Of a DNA stretch of 64,000 nt, positions 51,921 through 61,368 are shown piece after piece. Each line of letters starts with the position of its first letter. Positions within the stretch are counted from its first letter, which is position 1. The stretch comes from Anaerolineales bacterium (lineage in GTDB: Bacteria > Chloroflexota > Anaerolineae > Anaerolineales > Villigracilaceae), in assembly GCA_034433385.1 (NCBI GenBank), contig DAOUAN010000154.1, positions 3,806 through 67,805 on the forward strand, read 5' to 3'. Made by a program: the position numbers and the translations under genes. Below the pieces are notes generated by a model. It was given only the letters and a program-made list of their open reading frames with translations, was not told the origin of the DNA and did no database searches.

Positions 51921-52790
51921 ATGTTTAAGGCACTATTCAAGACCATGCGGCCCAAACAGTGGGCGAAAAACGTTTTCATCTTCGCTGCCCTGGTGTTTGA
52001 CCGAAAATTAACCGACCCCCAGGCCATCCTGCACACCGTTGCCGGGGCAATTTTGTTCAGTTTGCTGGCCAGCGCAGTTTACATCATCAATGACATTAAC
52101 GATGTGGAGGCTGACCGCAATCATCCGCTCAAACGCTACCGACCGATTGCTGCGGGCACATTGCCCATTCCGCTGGCCGGGCTTTTTGCCAGCTTGCTGC
52201 TCGTCGTTTGCCTGCCTCTGGCCTACTGGCTCTCGCCGGCCTTTGCCGGGATTTCTTTGTTTTACTTTTTGCTCAACTTGGCCTATTCGCGCTGGATCAA
52301 GCATGTGGTGCTGATGGACATCATCGTCCTGGCTTCTTTCTATGTCATCCGCGTAGCCGCCGGGGTGACGTTGATTCAGGTGCAGCGTTTTTCTCCATGG
52401 ATCTACATCTTCACCATTTTTCTCTCCCTGCTCATTGGCACCGGCAAGCGCCGCGCCGAATTGGCCGAACTGGCCGGCTCGGCCAACAACCAACGCCGCG
52501 TGCTGGATGGTTACACCCTGAACTTCCTCGACCAGCTCATTAGCCTGGCATCGGCGGTGACCATTGTCACCTATAGTCTGTACACATTTTCGGCCGTCAA
52601 TTTGCCTGAAAATCATGCCATGATGCTCACCATTCCTTTCATCATCTATGGCGTGATGCGCTATCAGTACCTGTTGCAGGTGGCTAACCGCGGCGGCGCT
52701 CCCGAAGAGGTGGTATTGTCCGATCGACCTCTTCAGGCAGCAATTGTCTTGTGGGGCCTGGCGGTGCTGCTCATTTTTTATCTTTCTTGA
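51921..52790 (+). CDS. UbiA-family prenyl/phosphoribosyl transferase (decaprenyl-phosphate phosphoribosyltransferase-like)
   Basis: MRPKQWAKNVFIFAALVF start and YIINDINDVEADRNHPLKRYRPIAAG (NDxxDxxxD). About 9 TM segments. Confidence 0.75.
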   Translation: MFKALFKTMRPKQWAKNVFIFAALVFDRKLTDPQAILHTVAGAILFSLLASAVYIINDINDVEADRNHPLKRYRPIAAGTLPIPLAGLFASLLLVVCLPLAYWLSPAFAGISLFYFLLNLAYSRWIKHVVLMDIIVLASFYVIRVAAGVTLIQVQRFSPWIYIFTIFLSLLIGTGKRRAELAELAGSANNQRRVLDGYTLNFLDQLISLASAVTIVTYSLYTFSAVNLPENHAMMLTIPFIIYGVMRYQYLLQVANRGGAPEEVVLSDRPLQAAIVLWGLAVLLIFYLS

Positions 52791-52793
52791 ACC

Positions 52794-53774
52794 TTGATGA
52801 ATACCTGTTCTGTTCCGGCCAAAATTATCCTCTTTGGGGAACATGCGGTTGTCTATGGACGGCCAGCCCTGGCCGTGCCGCTGGATGGCTTGCGAACGAC
52901 GGCCACCGTGGCCGAAAACCCGGCCGGGAAAATCTGGATCGAAGCCCCGCAAATTGGCCTGGCGACCGAACTTTCGGCTCTCCGCGGGGACCATCCGCTG
53001 GCTGCCGTTATTCAGGGCGTTCTCTCCGCCCTGGGCGTTTCTGCGCCCCCTCCTTTCACCCTGCGCGTCGAATCCACCATTCCGGTTGCTTCTGGGCTTG
53101 GTTCGGGCGCGGCGGTCTCAGTGGCCGTGATTCGTGCGCTGGCTGCTTACCTGGGGCACTCCCTGCCCGTGGAGCAGGTCAATCAACTGGCCTTTGAGAT
53201 TGAAAAACTCCATCACGGCACACCTTCAGGCATAGACAATACGGTAATCGCTTATGAGCGACCGGTTTATTTTGTCAAAGGGCGGCCTATCGAAATCCTG
53301 ACGGTGGGCCATCCTTTGACTCTGGTGATTGGTGATACGGGCATTTCCGCACCGACGAAACAATCGGTCGCGGATGTGCGCCGCCTGTGGTTGAGTGATC
53401 AGCGCAGCTGGGAAAGTGTGTTCGACGAGATCGGCCAACTGGTGATCATGGCGCGACGGATCCTTGAACATGGTCAGCCGCAGATGCTGGGGGAATTGAT
53501 GAATCACAATCATGTTTTGTTGCAGAAGATGACTGTCTCCTCGCCTGAGCTGGATCGGCTGGTGGAGGCCGCGCGTGCGGCGGGGGCTTGGGGAGCCAAA
53601 CTTTCGGGTGGGGGGCGCGGAGGAAACATGATCGCGTTGGTCCCGCCTCATTTAGCGGAGACAGTTGCCGGGTCCCTGAAGGAGGCGGGGGCAGTGCGCG
53701 TCTTTTATACCACGGTGGGATCCTCTGATTCGGCGGAGCGGGGCGTGTACCGAAATGTCCGACATGTGTCATAA
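52794..53774 (+). CDS. mvk: Mevalonate kinase (GHMP kinase)
   Basis: PAKIILFGEHAVVYG, IPVASGLGSGAAVSVA and GAKLSGGGRGGNMIAL. Confidence 0.88.
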   Translation: MMNTCSVPAKIILFGEHAVVYGRPALAVPLDGLRTTATVAENPAGKIWIEAPQIGLATELSALRGDHPLAAVIQGVLSALGVSAPPPFTLRVESTIPVASGLGSGAAVSVAVIRALAAYLGHSLPVEQVNQLAFEIEKLHHGTPSGIDNTVIAYERPVYFVKGRPIEILTVGHPLTLVIGDTGISAPTKQSVADVRRLWLSDQRSWESVFDEIGQLVIMARRILEHGQPQMLGELMNHNHVLLQKMTVSSPELDRLVEAARAAGAWGAKLSGGGRGGNMIALVPPHLAETVAGSLKEAGAVRVFYTTVGSSDSAERGVYRNVRHVS

Positions 53775-53777
53775 TTA

Positions 53778-56700
53778 TTGAAAATGGCCTCTCTCATCTT
53801 TTCACCAGCAATCATTTTTTCCCTGGCGCTTGTGGGAGTGGCGTTGTTGAATGCCTTGCTGGGCCTTTTTACTTTGCACCAGAGGGCGTATCAGGCGGCA
53901 GCCAATTATTTTGCCTGGCTGATGCTGGGCATGGCCTGGTGGGCGGCCGCCTCGGCGCTGGAAATGTTTTCGCAGGATTTGCCAGGCAAATATTTTTGGA
54001 TCAGGGTGGAATATGTGGGAATCGTTCTTGTCCCGTTTTTCTGGTTGGCGTTTGTGCTGGAGTTTATGGGGCATCGCACTTTGCTCAGCCGACGGAATAA
54101 GACGTTGGCGCTGATTGTTCCGCTTTTTACCTTGTTGGCGGTTTGGACGAACGACTATCATCACCTGTATTACTCGAAAATTTATTTGAGCGTTTACGGT
54201 GGTCTGCCGCTGCTGGGGCTGGAGCATGGTCCGCTCTTTTGGGGATATGCCATTTACGCTTACCTGCTGCTGGGAGCGGGAAGCCTGATTTTGCTGATGG
54301 GCGCTCTTCGCTCGCCAACGCTGTTTCGTTCGCAAATTGTGGCGCTTTTGCTGGCGGCTCTTTTCCCCTGGGCGGGGAATGTGATTTACTTGATGGGTTG
54401 GAATCCCATCCCTGAACTGGATCCAACGCCCTTTGCCTTCACGTTGACGGCCATTTCGGTAGCCTGGGCGATGCGCCGCTATCAGCTGTTGCAAATTTTG
54501 CCACCGGCTCAAGCAGAGATTTTGCGGGTGCTGCGCGATGGTGTGGTGGTGGTGGATGAAAACCAGCGCGTGGTTTACATGAACCGCGCCGCCGAAAAAA
54601 TCCTGGGCAAAAATGCCAGGCAGTGTATCGGCGAGAGCGCTGAAAAGGTTTGTGATACCTGCCGCGATATCCTGCCTTTTATGCTCACTACTGAGCCAAA
54701 GAACACTGTGTTACACCTGGAGGTAGACCGCGCCGAGCGCGTCTTCGAGGTAGTCGCGACGCCGTTGTTTGCAGGCAAAGATGAAACAGGTGACCACTCC
54801 TGGCATCTGATTATTTTTTACGATGTTACCCAGAGGGTGAACGCCGAGGCAGCGCTGTATCGCCGCGAGGCCATCCTTTTGGCGGTGAGTAAAGCGGCCA
54901 CTAATTTTTTGGGAATATCGAAGTGGGAGGAAAACATCCCCATTGCGCTGGCCCAATTGGGTTTGGCGGCCAATGTGAGCCGGGTGTATATCTTTGAGCG
55001 GTACGTCGGGCAGGATGGCGTGCCACGCGTCAGTCAACGCTATGAGTGGGTGAAGAGCGGGGTGACGCCGCAAATTGATAATCCGGCCTTGCAAGACCTG
55101 GATTGGCGGGCGGCTGGTTACAGTCGTTGGGAGGAGGCGTTGCTGCGCGGTGAAAGCATTGTCGGGCCAGTCCGCTTGCTTCCCATGCAGGAGCGGGAAT
55201 TGTTACAGGAACAGGACATTCTCTCGATCGCGATCATCCCGATCTTCAGCGGAAACACCTTATGGGGCTTTATAGGTTTTGATGATTGTGAAAAAGAACG
55301 TTCCTGGAGCCAGGCCGAGATCAGTGCTTTGCAAACCGCCGCGGAGGCCTTTGGTGCGGCGGTCATGCGCAACAAAATGGAACATCAGCTGCGCCATAAT
55401 TTGCAACTTCAGCATCTGCTTCAGGAAATTCTGCGCGCCGCCCTGGAAAAAAACAGTATGTCTGAAATGGCGCAATTTTTGGTGGAACATCTGGGAGAGT
55501 TAATTGGTGCCGATAATTGTTTTTTGACCTTGTGGGATGAAGAGCATGGGCGAACGATTCCCTTTGCGGCGTATGGTTTTGCAACGGAGGCCTATCGGCG
55601 TTTGAACATGCGACCTTCCGATAAAACCATCACCGCGGCGGCGCTGGAGGTGGGGCACTCCCTGGTCATCCCCGATGTGCAGAATTCACCTTACCTCAGC
55701 AAGCACATTGCCCGCCAGTTTCCAACGGTTTCCATGCTGGTTGTGCCCCTGATCGCGGATGGTAAAAAACAGGGCGCCATTTTGCTGGGATTTACGCGCC
55801 CTCATTTATTCGTTGAGGAAGAGATTGTAATCAGTGAGCAGGCGGCCGGCCTGGTCTCCCTGGCGCTGGCTAAATTTCAGGCGGTTGAAATGGCGCAACG
55901 CCGCGCCGAAGAGGCGGAAATGTTGCGTCGGGCGGGGATGGCGATCTCGGAAACGCTGGATTTCAACGAGACGATTAATCGCATTCTGGAACAGCTGGCC
56001 CACGTCTTGCCCTATGATAGCGCCTCTGTGCAATTGTTGCGCCAGGGAGAGCTGGAAATTGTGGGGGGCAAGGGTTGGGAGGATCCGGCAATGGTGATCG
56101 GGATGCGCTTCCCCGTGCCGGGAGACAACCCCAATTCTCGCGTGATCGAGACGCGTCAGCCCTATGTGCTGGGAAATGCCGGGGCGGTGTATCCGACCTT
56201 TCGTCAGCCGCCCCATGATCATATCCGCTCGTGGTTGGGGGTGCCGTTGCTGGTGCGCAATCGGGTGGTCGGCCTGCTGGCGATTGACAGCCGAGAACCT
56301 TACTATTTCACCCAAGAGCATGTAAACCTGGCGATGGCATTTGCCAGCCAGGTGGCCGTGGTGATTGAAAATGTCCGCTTGTTCGAAGAGACACAACGCT
56401 TGGCCATTACCGATCCGTTGACTGGGCTTTACAACCGGCGGCGCTTCATAGAACTGGCTCAACAGGAATTCGAGCGCGCGCGGCGCTACAAGCGTAAGCT
56501 CTCTCTTATCATGTTTGATATTGATCACTTCAAGCAAGTCAATGATTCCTATGGCCACCTGGTAGGCGATCAGGTTTTACTGGCGCTGGCTACGTTGTGC
56601 AAGCAGAAATTGCGCGAGGCCGATCCGATTGGCCGTTATGGCGGGGAGGAGTTTATTGCGCTCGTGATTGAGGCCGATTATAAACGGGCTTTTCTGGTGG

Positions 56701-56936
56701 GGGAGCGTTTGCGCCGTGAGGTGGAAAAAATGAGCATACCTGTGCCTGGGGGGGCAATTCACATCACCGTAAGTGTAGGGATCGCTTCGCTGACGAAAAA
56801 TATTCCCGACCTGAAAACGCTGATTTCCCGCGCCGACCAGGCTTTGTATCGGGCCAAACATAATGGCCGCAATCGGGTGGTGGTGAGCGGCTATCGCCGG
56901 GTACTGTCAGGGGGGACATCCGTTCCAGACGGGTAA
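53778..56936 (+). CDS. Multidomain sensor diguanylate cyclase (7TM N-terminal sensor, PAS, GAF domains, GGDEF)
   Basis: Seven N-terminal TM segments, PAS-like ILRVLRDGVVVVDENQRVVYMNRAAEKILG, several GAF-like segments, and a C-terminal GGDEF domain with RYGGEEFIAL and an RxxD I-site (READ) 5 residues upstream. Confidence 0.88.
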   Translation: MKMASLIFSPAIIFSLALVGVALLNALLGLFTLHQRAYQAAANYFAWLMLGMAWWAAASALEMFSQDLPGKYFWIRVEYVGIVLVPFFWLAFVLEFMGHRTLLSRRNKTLALIVPLFTLLAVWTNDYHHLYYSKIYLSVYGGLPLLGLEHGPLFWGYAIYAYLLLGAGSLILLMGALRSPTLFRSQIVALLLAALFPWAGNVIYLMGWNPIPELDPTPFAFTLTAISVAWAMRRYQLLQILPPAQAEILRVLRDGVVVVDENQRVVYMNRAAEKILGKNARQCIGESAEKVCDTCRDILPFMLTTEPKNTVLHLEVDRAERVFEVVATPLFAGKDETGDHSWHLIIFYDVTQRVNAEAALYRREAILLAVSKAATNFLGISKWEENIPIALAQLGLAANVSRVYIFERYVGQDGVPRVSQRYEWVKSGVTPQIDNPALQDLDWRAAGYSRWEEALLRGESIVGPVRLLPMQERELLQEQDILSIAIIPIFSGNTLWGFIGFDDCEKERSWSQAEISALQTAAEAFGAAVMRNKMEHQLRHNLQLQHLLQEILRAALEKNSMSEMAQFLVEHLGELIGADNCFLTLWDEEHGRTIPFAAYGFATEAYRRLNMRPSDKTITAAALEVGHSLVIPDVQNSPYLSKHIARQFPTVSMLVVPLIADGKKQGAILLGFTRPHLFVEEEIVISEQAAGLVSLALAKFQAVEMAQRRAEEAEMLRRAGMAISETLDFNETINRILEQLAHVLPYDSASVQLLRQGELEIVGGKGWEDPAMVIGMRFPVPGDNPNSRVIETRQPYVLGNAGAVYPTFRQPPHDHIRSWLGVPLLVRNRVVGLLAIDSREPYYFTQEHVNLAMAFASQVAVVIENVRLFEETQRLAITDPLTGLYNRRRFIELAQQEFERARRYKRKLSLIMFDIDHFKQVNDSYGHLVGDQVLLALATLCKQKLREADPIGRYGGEEFIALVIEADYKRAFLVGERLRREVEKMSIPVPGGAIHITVSVGIASLTKNIPDLKTLISRADQALYRAKHNGRNRVVVSGYRRVLSGGTSVPDG

Positions 56937-56952
56937 CATGTAGCGAGCCGTG

Positions 56953-58455
56953 TTACCTGATGAGCCGTGCTACGTTGCGTCCCGTCACACCGCTGATCCC
57001 GCCTCCGCCGTGCACGCCGCTACCAGCCAGGTAGAGGTTGTCGAGCGGCGTTTTGTGATTCGACCATCCCGGTATCGGTCGCATGAACAAGAATTGATCC
57101 AGCATGAGCTGACCATGATTGAGATCGCCTTCCGTAAGACCGTATCTTTGTTCCAGGTCGAGAGGGGTGAGGGATTTTTGCGCACGGAGGGAAGGTTTCA
57201 ACTGGGGGAAGTATTCTGCCAGGGTATCTATGGCCAGTTTTTCGAGCGTTTCGCGGGATGTGTTCCAATCTCCGATCTTGAGGGCATAGGGCGCAAACTG
57301 AAAGTGAATGGAAACGGTATGGCCCGAAGTGGTCACTTCCAGATAAGGCTTGGGGGAAATTTCGCCATATTTGGCGGCGTCGTAGGCTTTTTCAAGGTAG
57401 GGAAGGGATGGGGCAATGACTATTGTTCCAGCCGGGATGCCGTGAGTGCCATCGGTGAGCAGATGCACCTTTGCCACGGAGCCGCGCATTTTGATGGCGC
57501 GTACTTTCCAGACGAATTCCGGTGGCAGTTGGGGAGCGCCGACCAGCTGCAGGAAGGTTCGCTTCGGGTCAACGGTTGAGATCACGTTTTGGGCAAAAAT
57601 TTCCTCGCCGCTGGTCAATTTCACGCCGCGGCAGGTGTAGCCCTCGACCAGGATGCTTTGCACTTCGGCTTCGGTTCTGATCTCGCCGCCGAAGGCTTGC
57701 ACCGCGCCGGCCAATGCCTGGGCGATTTCCCCCCCTTTGCCGACGTTGGGGTGTGCCAGCCCGCCGCGATTGAGCCAGTGGTGCAGCAGGGTGTACCCCG
57801 TGCCGGCAGAGTACGGGCCGGCGGTGATGCTGTGAATGGCCACAGAGGCCAGAGCTGCTTTGAGCGGCTCAGATTCAAACCATTCTTCGAGAAATTCGCT
57901 GACCGTCATCGGCAACAGGCGGATCACGTTGAGCATGTCCTTGCGGCCGAGCAGGCGCAGGTCCAGGCCAAGTTCGAGCAGGCCATAACCTTCTTCCAGG
58001 CTGAAGTTTTTGGGCAGGCGCGGCATCAGGGTGGCGTAGGTGGCATCCAGGAAGCGGGCGGCTTTGTTCATGAAGGTGATAAATTCAGGCCAGCGGGCCG
58101 CATCTTTGGCGGAGAAGCGCCGGATGGATTCGGCCGCCCGCGCCGCATCGGCTTCGAGGACAAGAGGGGCGGAATCCGGTTGGGGGGCGATGAGCGCCGG
58201 TTTGACGGTGACCGGCTCAGGGTCCAGGCCGAAGCGGGCGAGATTCAGATCGCGGTAGATGTCGGGGCGGAGGTTGCCGCCAGGCCATACAGCATCCACG
58301 CTGAATCCTTCGCCCAACGTTTCGTGAGCCAGGGTGCCACCGATGATTGGACGGCGTTCGAGCACCAGAATTTTTTGGCCGCGTTTGGCCAGGTAGGCGG
58401 CTGCGACCAGGCCGTTATGCCCGGCACCGATGATGAGGGTGTGGTAGTGGGTCAT
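56953..58455 (-). CDS. CrtI/RetSat-like FAD-dependent oxidoreductase (phytoene desaturase family), paralog 2
   Basis: YHTLIIGAGHNGLVAAAYLAKRGQKILVLERRPIIGG dinucleotide fold, about 500 aa. The start is set at MTHYH (ATG 58455), overlapping the upstream stop as ATGA. Confidence 0.8.
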   Translation of the reverse strand: MTHYHTLIIGAGHNGLVAAAYLAKRGQKILVLERRPIIGGTLAHETLGEGFSVDAVWPGGNLRPDIYRDLNLARFGLDPEPVTVKPALIAPQPDSAPLVLEADAARAAESIRRFSAKDAARWPEFITFMNKAARFLDATYATLMPRLPKNFSLEEGYGLLELGLDLRLLGRKDMLNVIRLLPMTVSEFLEEWFESEPLKAALASVAIHSITAGPYSAGTGYTLLHHWLNRGGLAHPNVGKGGEIAQALAGAVQAFGGEIRTEAEVQSILVEGYTCRGVKLTSGEEIFAQNVISTVDPKRTFLQLVGAPQLPPEFVWKVRAIKMRGSVAKVHLLTDGTHGIPAGTIVIAPSLPYLEKAYDAAKYGEISPKPYLEVTTSGHTVSIHFQFAPYALKIGDWNTSRETLEKLAIDTLAEYFPQLKPSLRAQKSLTPLDLEQRYGLTEGDLNHGQLMLDQFLFMRPIPGWSNHKTPLDNLYLAGSGVHGGGGISGVTGRNVARLIR

Positions 58456-60035
58456 AGCAGACCGTCCTTGAGGATTTCTTTGGCTGCGAGCATTCCTGCC
58501 GCGCCCATCACGCCGCCGCCCGGATGTGCGCCGCTGGCGCCAAAGTAGTAGCCCTTGAGCGGGGTGCGGAAGTCGGCCCATTGGGGCACGGGGCGCAGGA
58601 AGAAGATTTGATGCAGGAGCAGTTCACCGTGGAAGATGTTCCCGCCGCTGATGCCGGCGATGGCCTCGATGTCTTTGGGCGAAATGACCTGCATGCCAAC
58701 GATGCAGTTGCGAATATCGGGGGCATATTGTTCGATGGTCGAGATCACGGTTTCGCCGAGTTGTGTTCGTTTTTCGTCTGTCCAGCCACCTTCCACGTCG
58801 TAGGGGGCGTATTGCACGAAGCAGGAGAGGACGTGATGTCCGGGCGGGGCCATATCGGGGTCGATCATGGAGGGGAAGATCATGTCCAGGTACGGGCGGC
58901 GGGAAATCTGGCCGTATTTGGCGTCGTCGTAGGCGCGCTCGATGTAATCTACGCTGGGGCTGATCGAGACAGCGCCGCGATAGAGGGCGGGTTCATCGGG
59001 CAAGGCGGTGAAGCGCGGCAGGCGGCTCAGGGCGAGGTTGACTTTGGCTGAGGAGCCGCGCACGCGGAAGTTCTGGATCGAGGCGACGAAGTCCTCTGGC
59101 AAATGTTTGGCTTCTACCAACTGAAGGAAGGTTCGTTTTGGATCGGCGGCGGAGAGGACGACGCGGGCATCGATCTCGTCGCCGTTTGCGAGCACCACTC
59201 CCACGGCGCGTCCGTTCTTGACTTTGACCTGTTGCACCGGGCTATTGACGCGAATCTCAGCCCCAAGCGCTTGCGCGGCGCGGGCGATGGCGCTGCTCAC
59301 CCCGCCGGAGCCGCCTTTGGCAAAGCCCCAGGCGCGGAAGGCGCCGTCAATTTCGCCCATGTAGTGATGCAGCAGCACGTAGGCTGTCCCTGGCGAGCGC
59401 GGGCCGAGGAAGGTGCCGATGATTCCGCTGGCGGCTTTGGTGCCCTTGACGGCGTCGGTCTCGAACCATTCATCGAGCAAATCGGCGGCCGATTGGGTCA
59501 TCAGTTTGGCGATCTGGTAAAACTCTTTTTCGGAGAGGCTCACGGCGTATTTGCCCAGTTTGAGCAGGCCGATGAGGTCGCGCGGGTGGAACGAGGATGG
59601 ATCGGGCGGTACCATGCTGATCAGTGGCTTGATGGCTTTGGCTATGCGCGCCATCACCCGGCTGTATTCGTCATAGGCCTCGGCATCGAGCGGGGAATGA
59701 CGGTAAATCTCGCGGCGAGTCAGGTCGTGATCCTCCCACCAGGCGATGTAGTCGCCGTTGTCGAGCGGGGAAAAGGTGGAGGGCAATGGTAAGATTTTCA
59801 AGCCGTGTTTGGGCAATTCCAGGTCGCGGATGATCTCTGGGCGCAGCAGGCTGACCACATATGAAAATTCGGTGAACTTATAACCGGGGAAGATTTCCTC
59901 GGTCACCGCCGCCCCGCCGACGATCGGTCGGCGCTCCAGGACGACGACTTTCTTGCCGGCCCTTGCCAGGTAGGCCGCGGCGACCAGACCGTTGTGACCG
60001 CCACCGATCACAATGACATCATAGGTGTTGGGCAT
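58452..60035 (-). CDS. CrtI/RetSat-like FAD-dependent oxidoreductase (phytoene desaturase family), paralog 1
   Basis: YDVIVIGGGHNGLVAAAYLARAGKKVVVLERRPIVGG. A C-terminal GAHPGGGVMGAAG motif is shared with paralog 2 (GVHGGGGISGVTG). Confidence 0.8.
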   Translation of the reverse strand: MPNTYDVIVIGGGHNGLVAAAYLARAGKKVVVLERRPIVGGAAVTEEIFPGYKFTEFSYVVSLLRPEIIRDLELPKHGLKILPLPSTFSPLDNGDYIAWWEDHDLTRREIYRHSPLDAEAYDEYSRVMARIAKAIKPLISMVPPDPSSFHPRDLIGLLKLGKYAVSLSEKEFYQIAKLMTQSAADLLDEWFETDAVKGTKAASGIIGTFLGPRSPGTAYVLLHHYMGEIDGAFRAWGFAKGGSGGVSSAIARAAQALGAEIRVNSPVQQVKVKNGRAVGVVLANGDEIDARVVLSAADPKRTFLQLVEAKHLPEDFVASIQNFRVRGSSAKVNLALSRLPRFTALPDEPALYRGAVSISPSVDYIERAYDDAKYGQISRRPYLDMIFPSMIDPDMAPPGHHVLSCFVQYAPYDVEGGWTDEKRTQLGETVISTIEQYAPDIRNCIVGMQVISPKDIEAIAGISGGNIFHGELLLHQIFFLRPVPQWADFRTPLKGYYFGASGAHPGGGVMGAAGMLAAKEILKDGLL

Positions 60036-60095
60036 GAAGTTGACTCCAGAAAAAGGGATGACGGAATGAGCGAGGGGCCATGCTAATGTTCTATC

Positions 60096-61355
60096 TCAGG
60101 GGCATTGGATAATTCCCTGCGCCCACAGGCAACCGCCGCAGACCGGAAAGGTGTTGCCAAAGCAATCTTCTTCGTTGGTTTCGGAAAGTTCGCAGCCGCC
60201 GCAAAAGGTGCAGGGAGCAAAGCTGAAATTGTGCAGGCGTTCGCGGTAGGCCACGTAGTCGGGGTCCAGCCACAGGTCGGTGAGGGAGCGGTTGTGTACA
60301 TTTCCGATGACATGTTTTTTCGACAGGCGCGGTTTGTCGTGCAGGTAACTGATATGGGTGTGCATCAGCGGCCAGCAGGGGCTGACATCACCGTTCCAGG
60401 CGATGGACATGGTGCCGCTCTCGACGAAGTTGCAAACATCATTGGCCCCGCCCCAGTTGTTGCCCGCAAAACTGACGTTGCATCCGCTGGTGAAGGCCTC
60501 GAACAGCGCTTCGCGCGTTTCTTCGTTGAAGTCCATTTTGGGCAGGCTGAGTGTTGGCACGGAAGATGAGGGGAGATAGGCAATATCTTTCATTGTGCGC
60601 AGGTAGAGGCGCTCGCTTTGCAGATCGGCAGTGGGCGGCTGCAGGTTGCTGACCGAAAAGTGTTTGGCCCGAAAAGACTTGCCAAGTTTAATCACTTTGG
60701 GCAGGTCTTTGATATTGCGTTTCATGGCCACAAAGGCTACGCCGATTTCGGGTTTGGGAAAGTGTCCTCCCTTGCGCATTTTGTCAAAGCGCCGCAGGTT
60801 TTCAAGTACTTTGGGGAGTTCGGCGCCCAGGCGCACATCGGCGTAACTTTCGGGGGTTGCTCCATCCAGGGAAACCCATAAAATGTCTAAGCCGGCATCG
60901 ATCAATTGCTGGGCTTTCTTCTCGTTCAAGATTGTGCCGTTCGTGATCAATTCGACTTTGACTCCCAATTTCTTCACACGAGCAATCCATTCCACGGTTT
61001 TGGGGTGGAAAAGCGGCTCACCAATTCCGCCGAAGTAAACACTAGGGCGGGGGGAGAGTTCCTCCAGTCCGGTCAGGATGCGCTCAAAGGTTTCATCGGT
61101 CATGCGGCCGAGCGGCTGATCCCAGGCGTTGCGGAAGCAGGTAATGCAATCCAGGTTGCAGGCAACAGTGGGTTCAATATAAATTTTGGTGAGATGGGTG
61201 ACTGGCCGGTGCAAGCGAATGAAGTTTTGGCCCTCATCCAGGCGTACTTTGGCGCCCGGCTGTAGCCCGAATTGAGCAGCCACTTCTGGGGGCAACACCA
61301 GGCGTCCCTGCTCATCTACTTCCGCCCAGGCGGTGGTGGCTTTTGTTGAGACCAT
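60096..61355 (-). CDS. Radical SAM/SPASM-domain enzyme with an N-terminal SpoVT/AbrB-like domain
   Basis: The N-terminus AEVDEQGRLVLPPEVAAQFGLQPGAKVRLD is an AbrB-type swapped-hairpin motif. The radical SAM cluster motif is CNLDCITC (CxxxCxxC). The Cys-rich C-terminus CNFVESG...SPCWPL...CTFCGGCELS...CGGCLWAQGIIQCP is SPASM-like. Confidence 0.85.
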   Translation of the reverse strand: MVSTKATTAWAEVDEQGRLVLPPEVAAQFGLQPGAKVRLDEGQNFIRLHRPVTHLTKIYIEPTVACNLDCITCFRNAWDQPLGRMTDETFERILTGLEELSPRPSVYFGGIGEPLFHPKTVEWIARVKKLGVKVELITNGTILNEKKAQQLIDAGLDILWVSLDGATPESYADVRLGAELPKVLENLRRFDKMRKGGHFPKPEIGVAFVAMKRNIKDLPKVIKLGKSFRAKHFSVSNLQPPTADLQSERLYLRTMKDIAYLPSSSVPTLSLPKMDFNEETREALFEAFTSGCNVSFAGNNWGGANDVCNFVESGTMSIAWNGDVSPCWPLMHTHISYLHDKPRLSKKHVIGNVHNRSLTDLWLDPDYVAYRERLHNFSFAPCTFCGGCELSETNEEDCFGNTFPVCGGCLWAQGIIQCP

Positions 61356-61368
61356 AACAACTCCTTAG

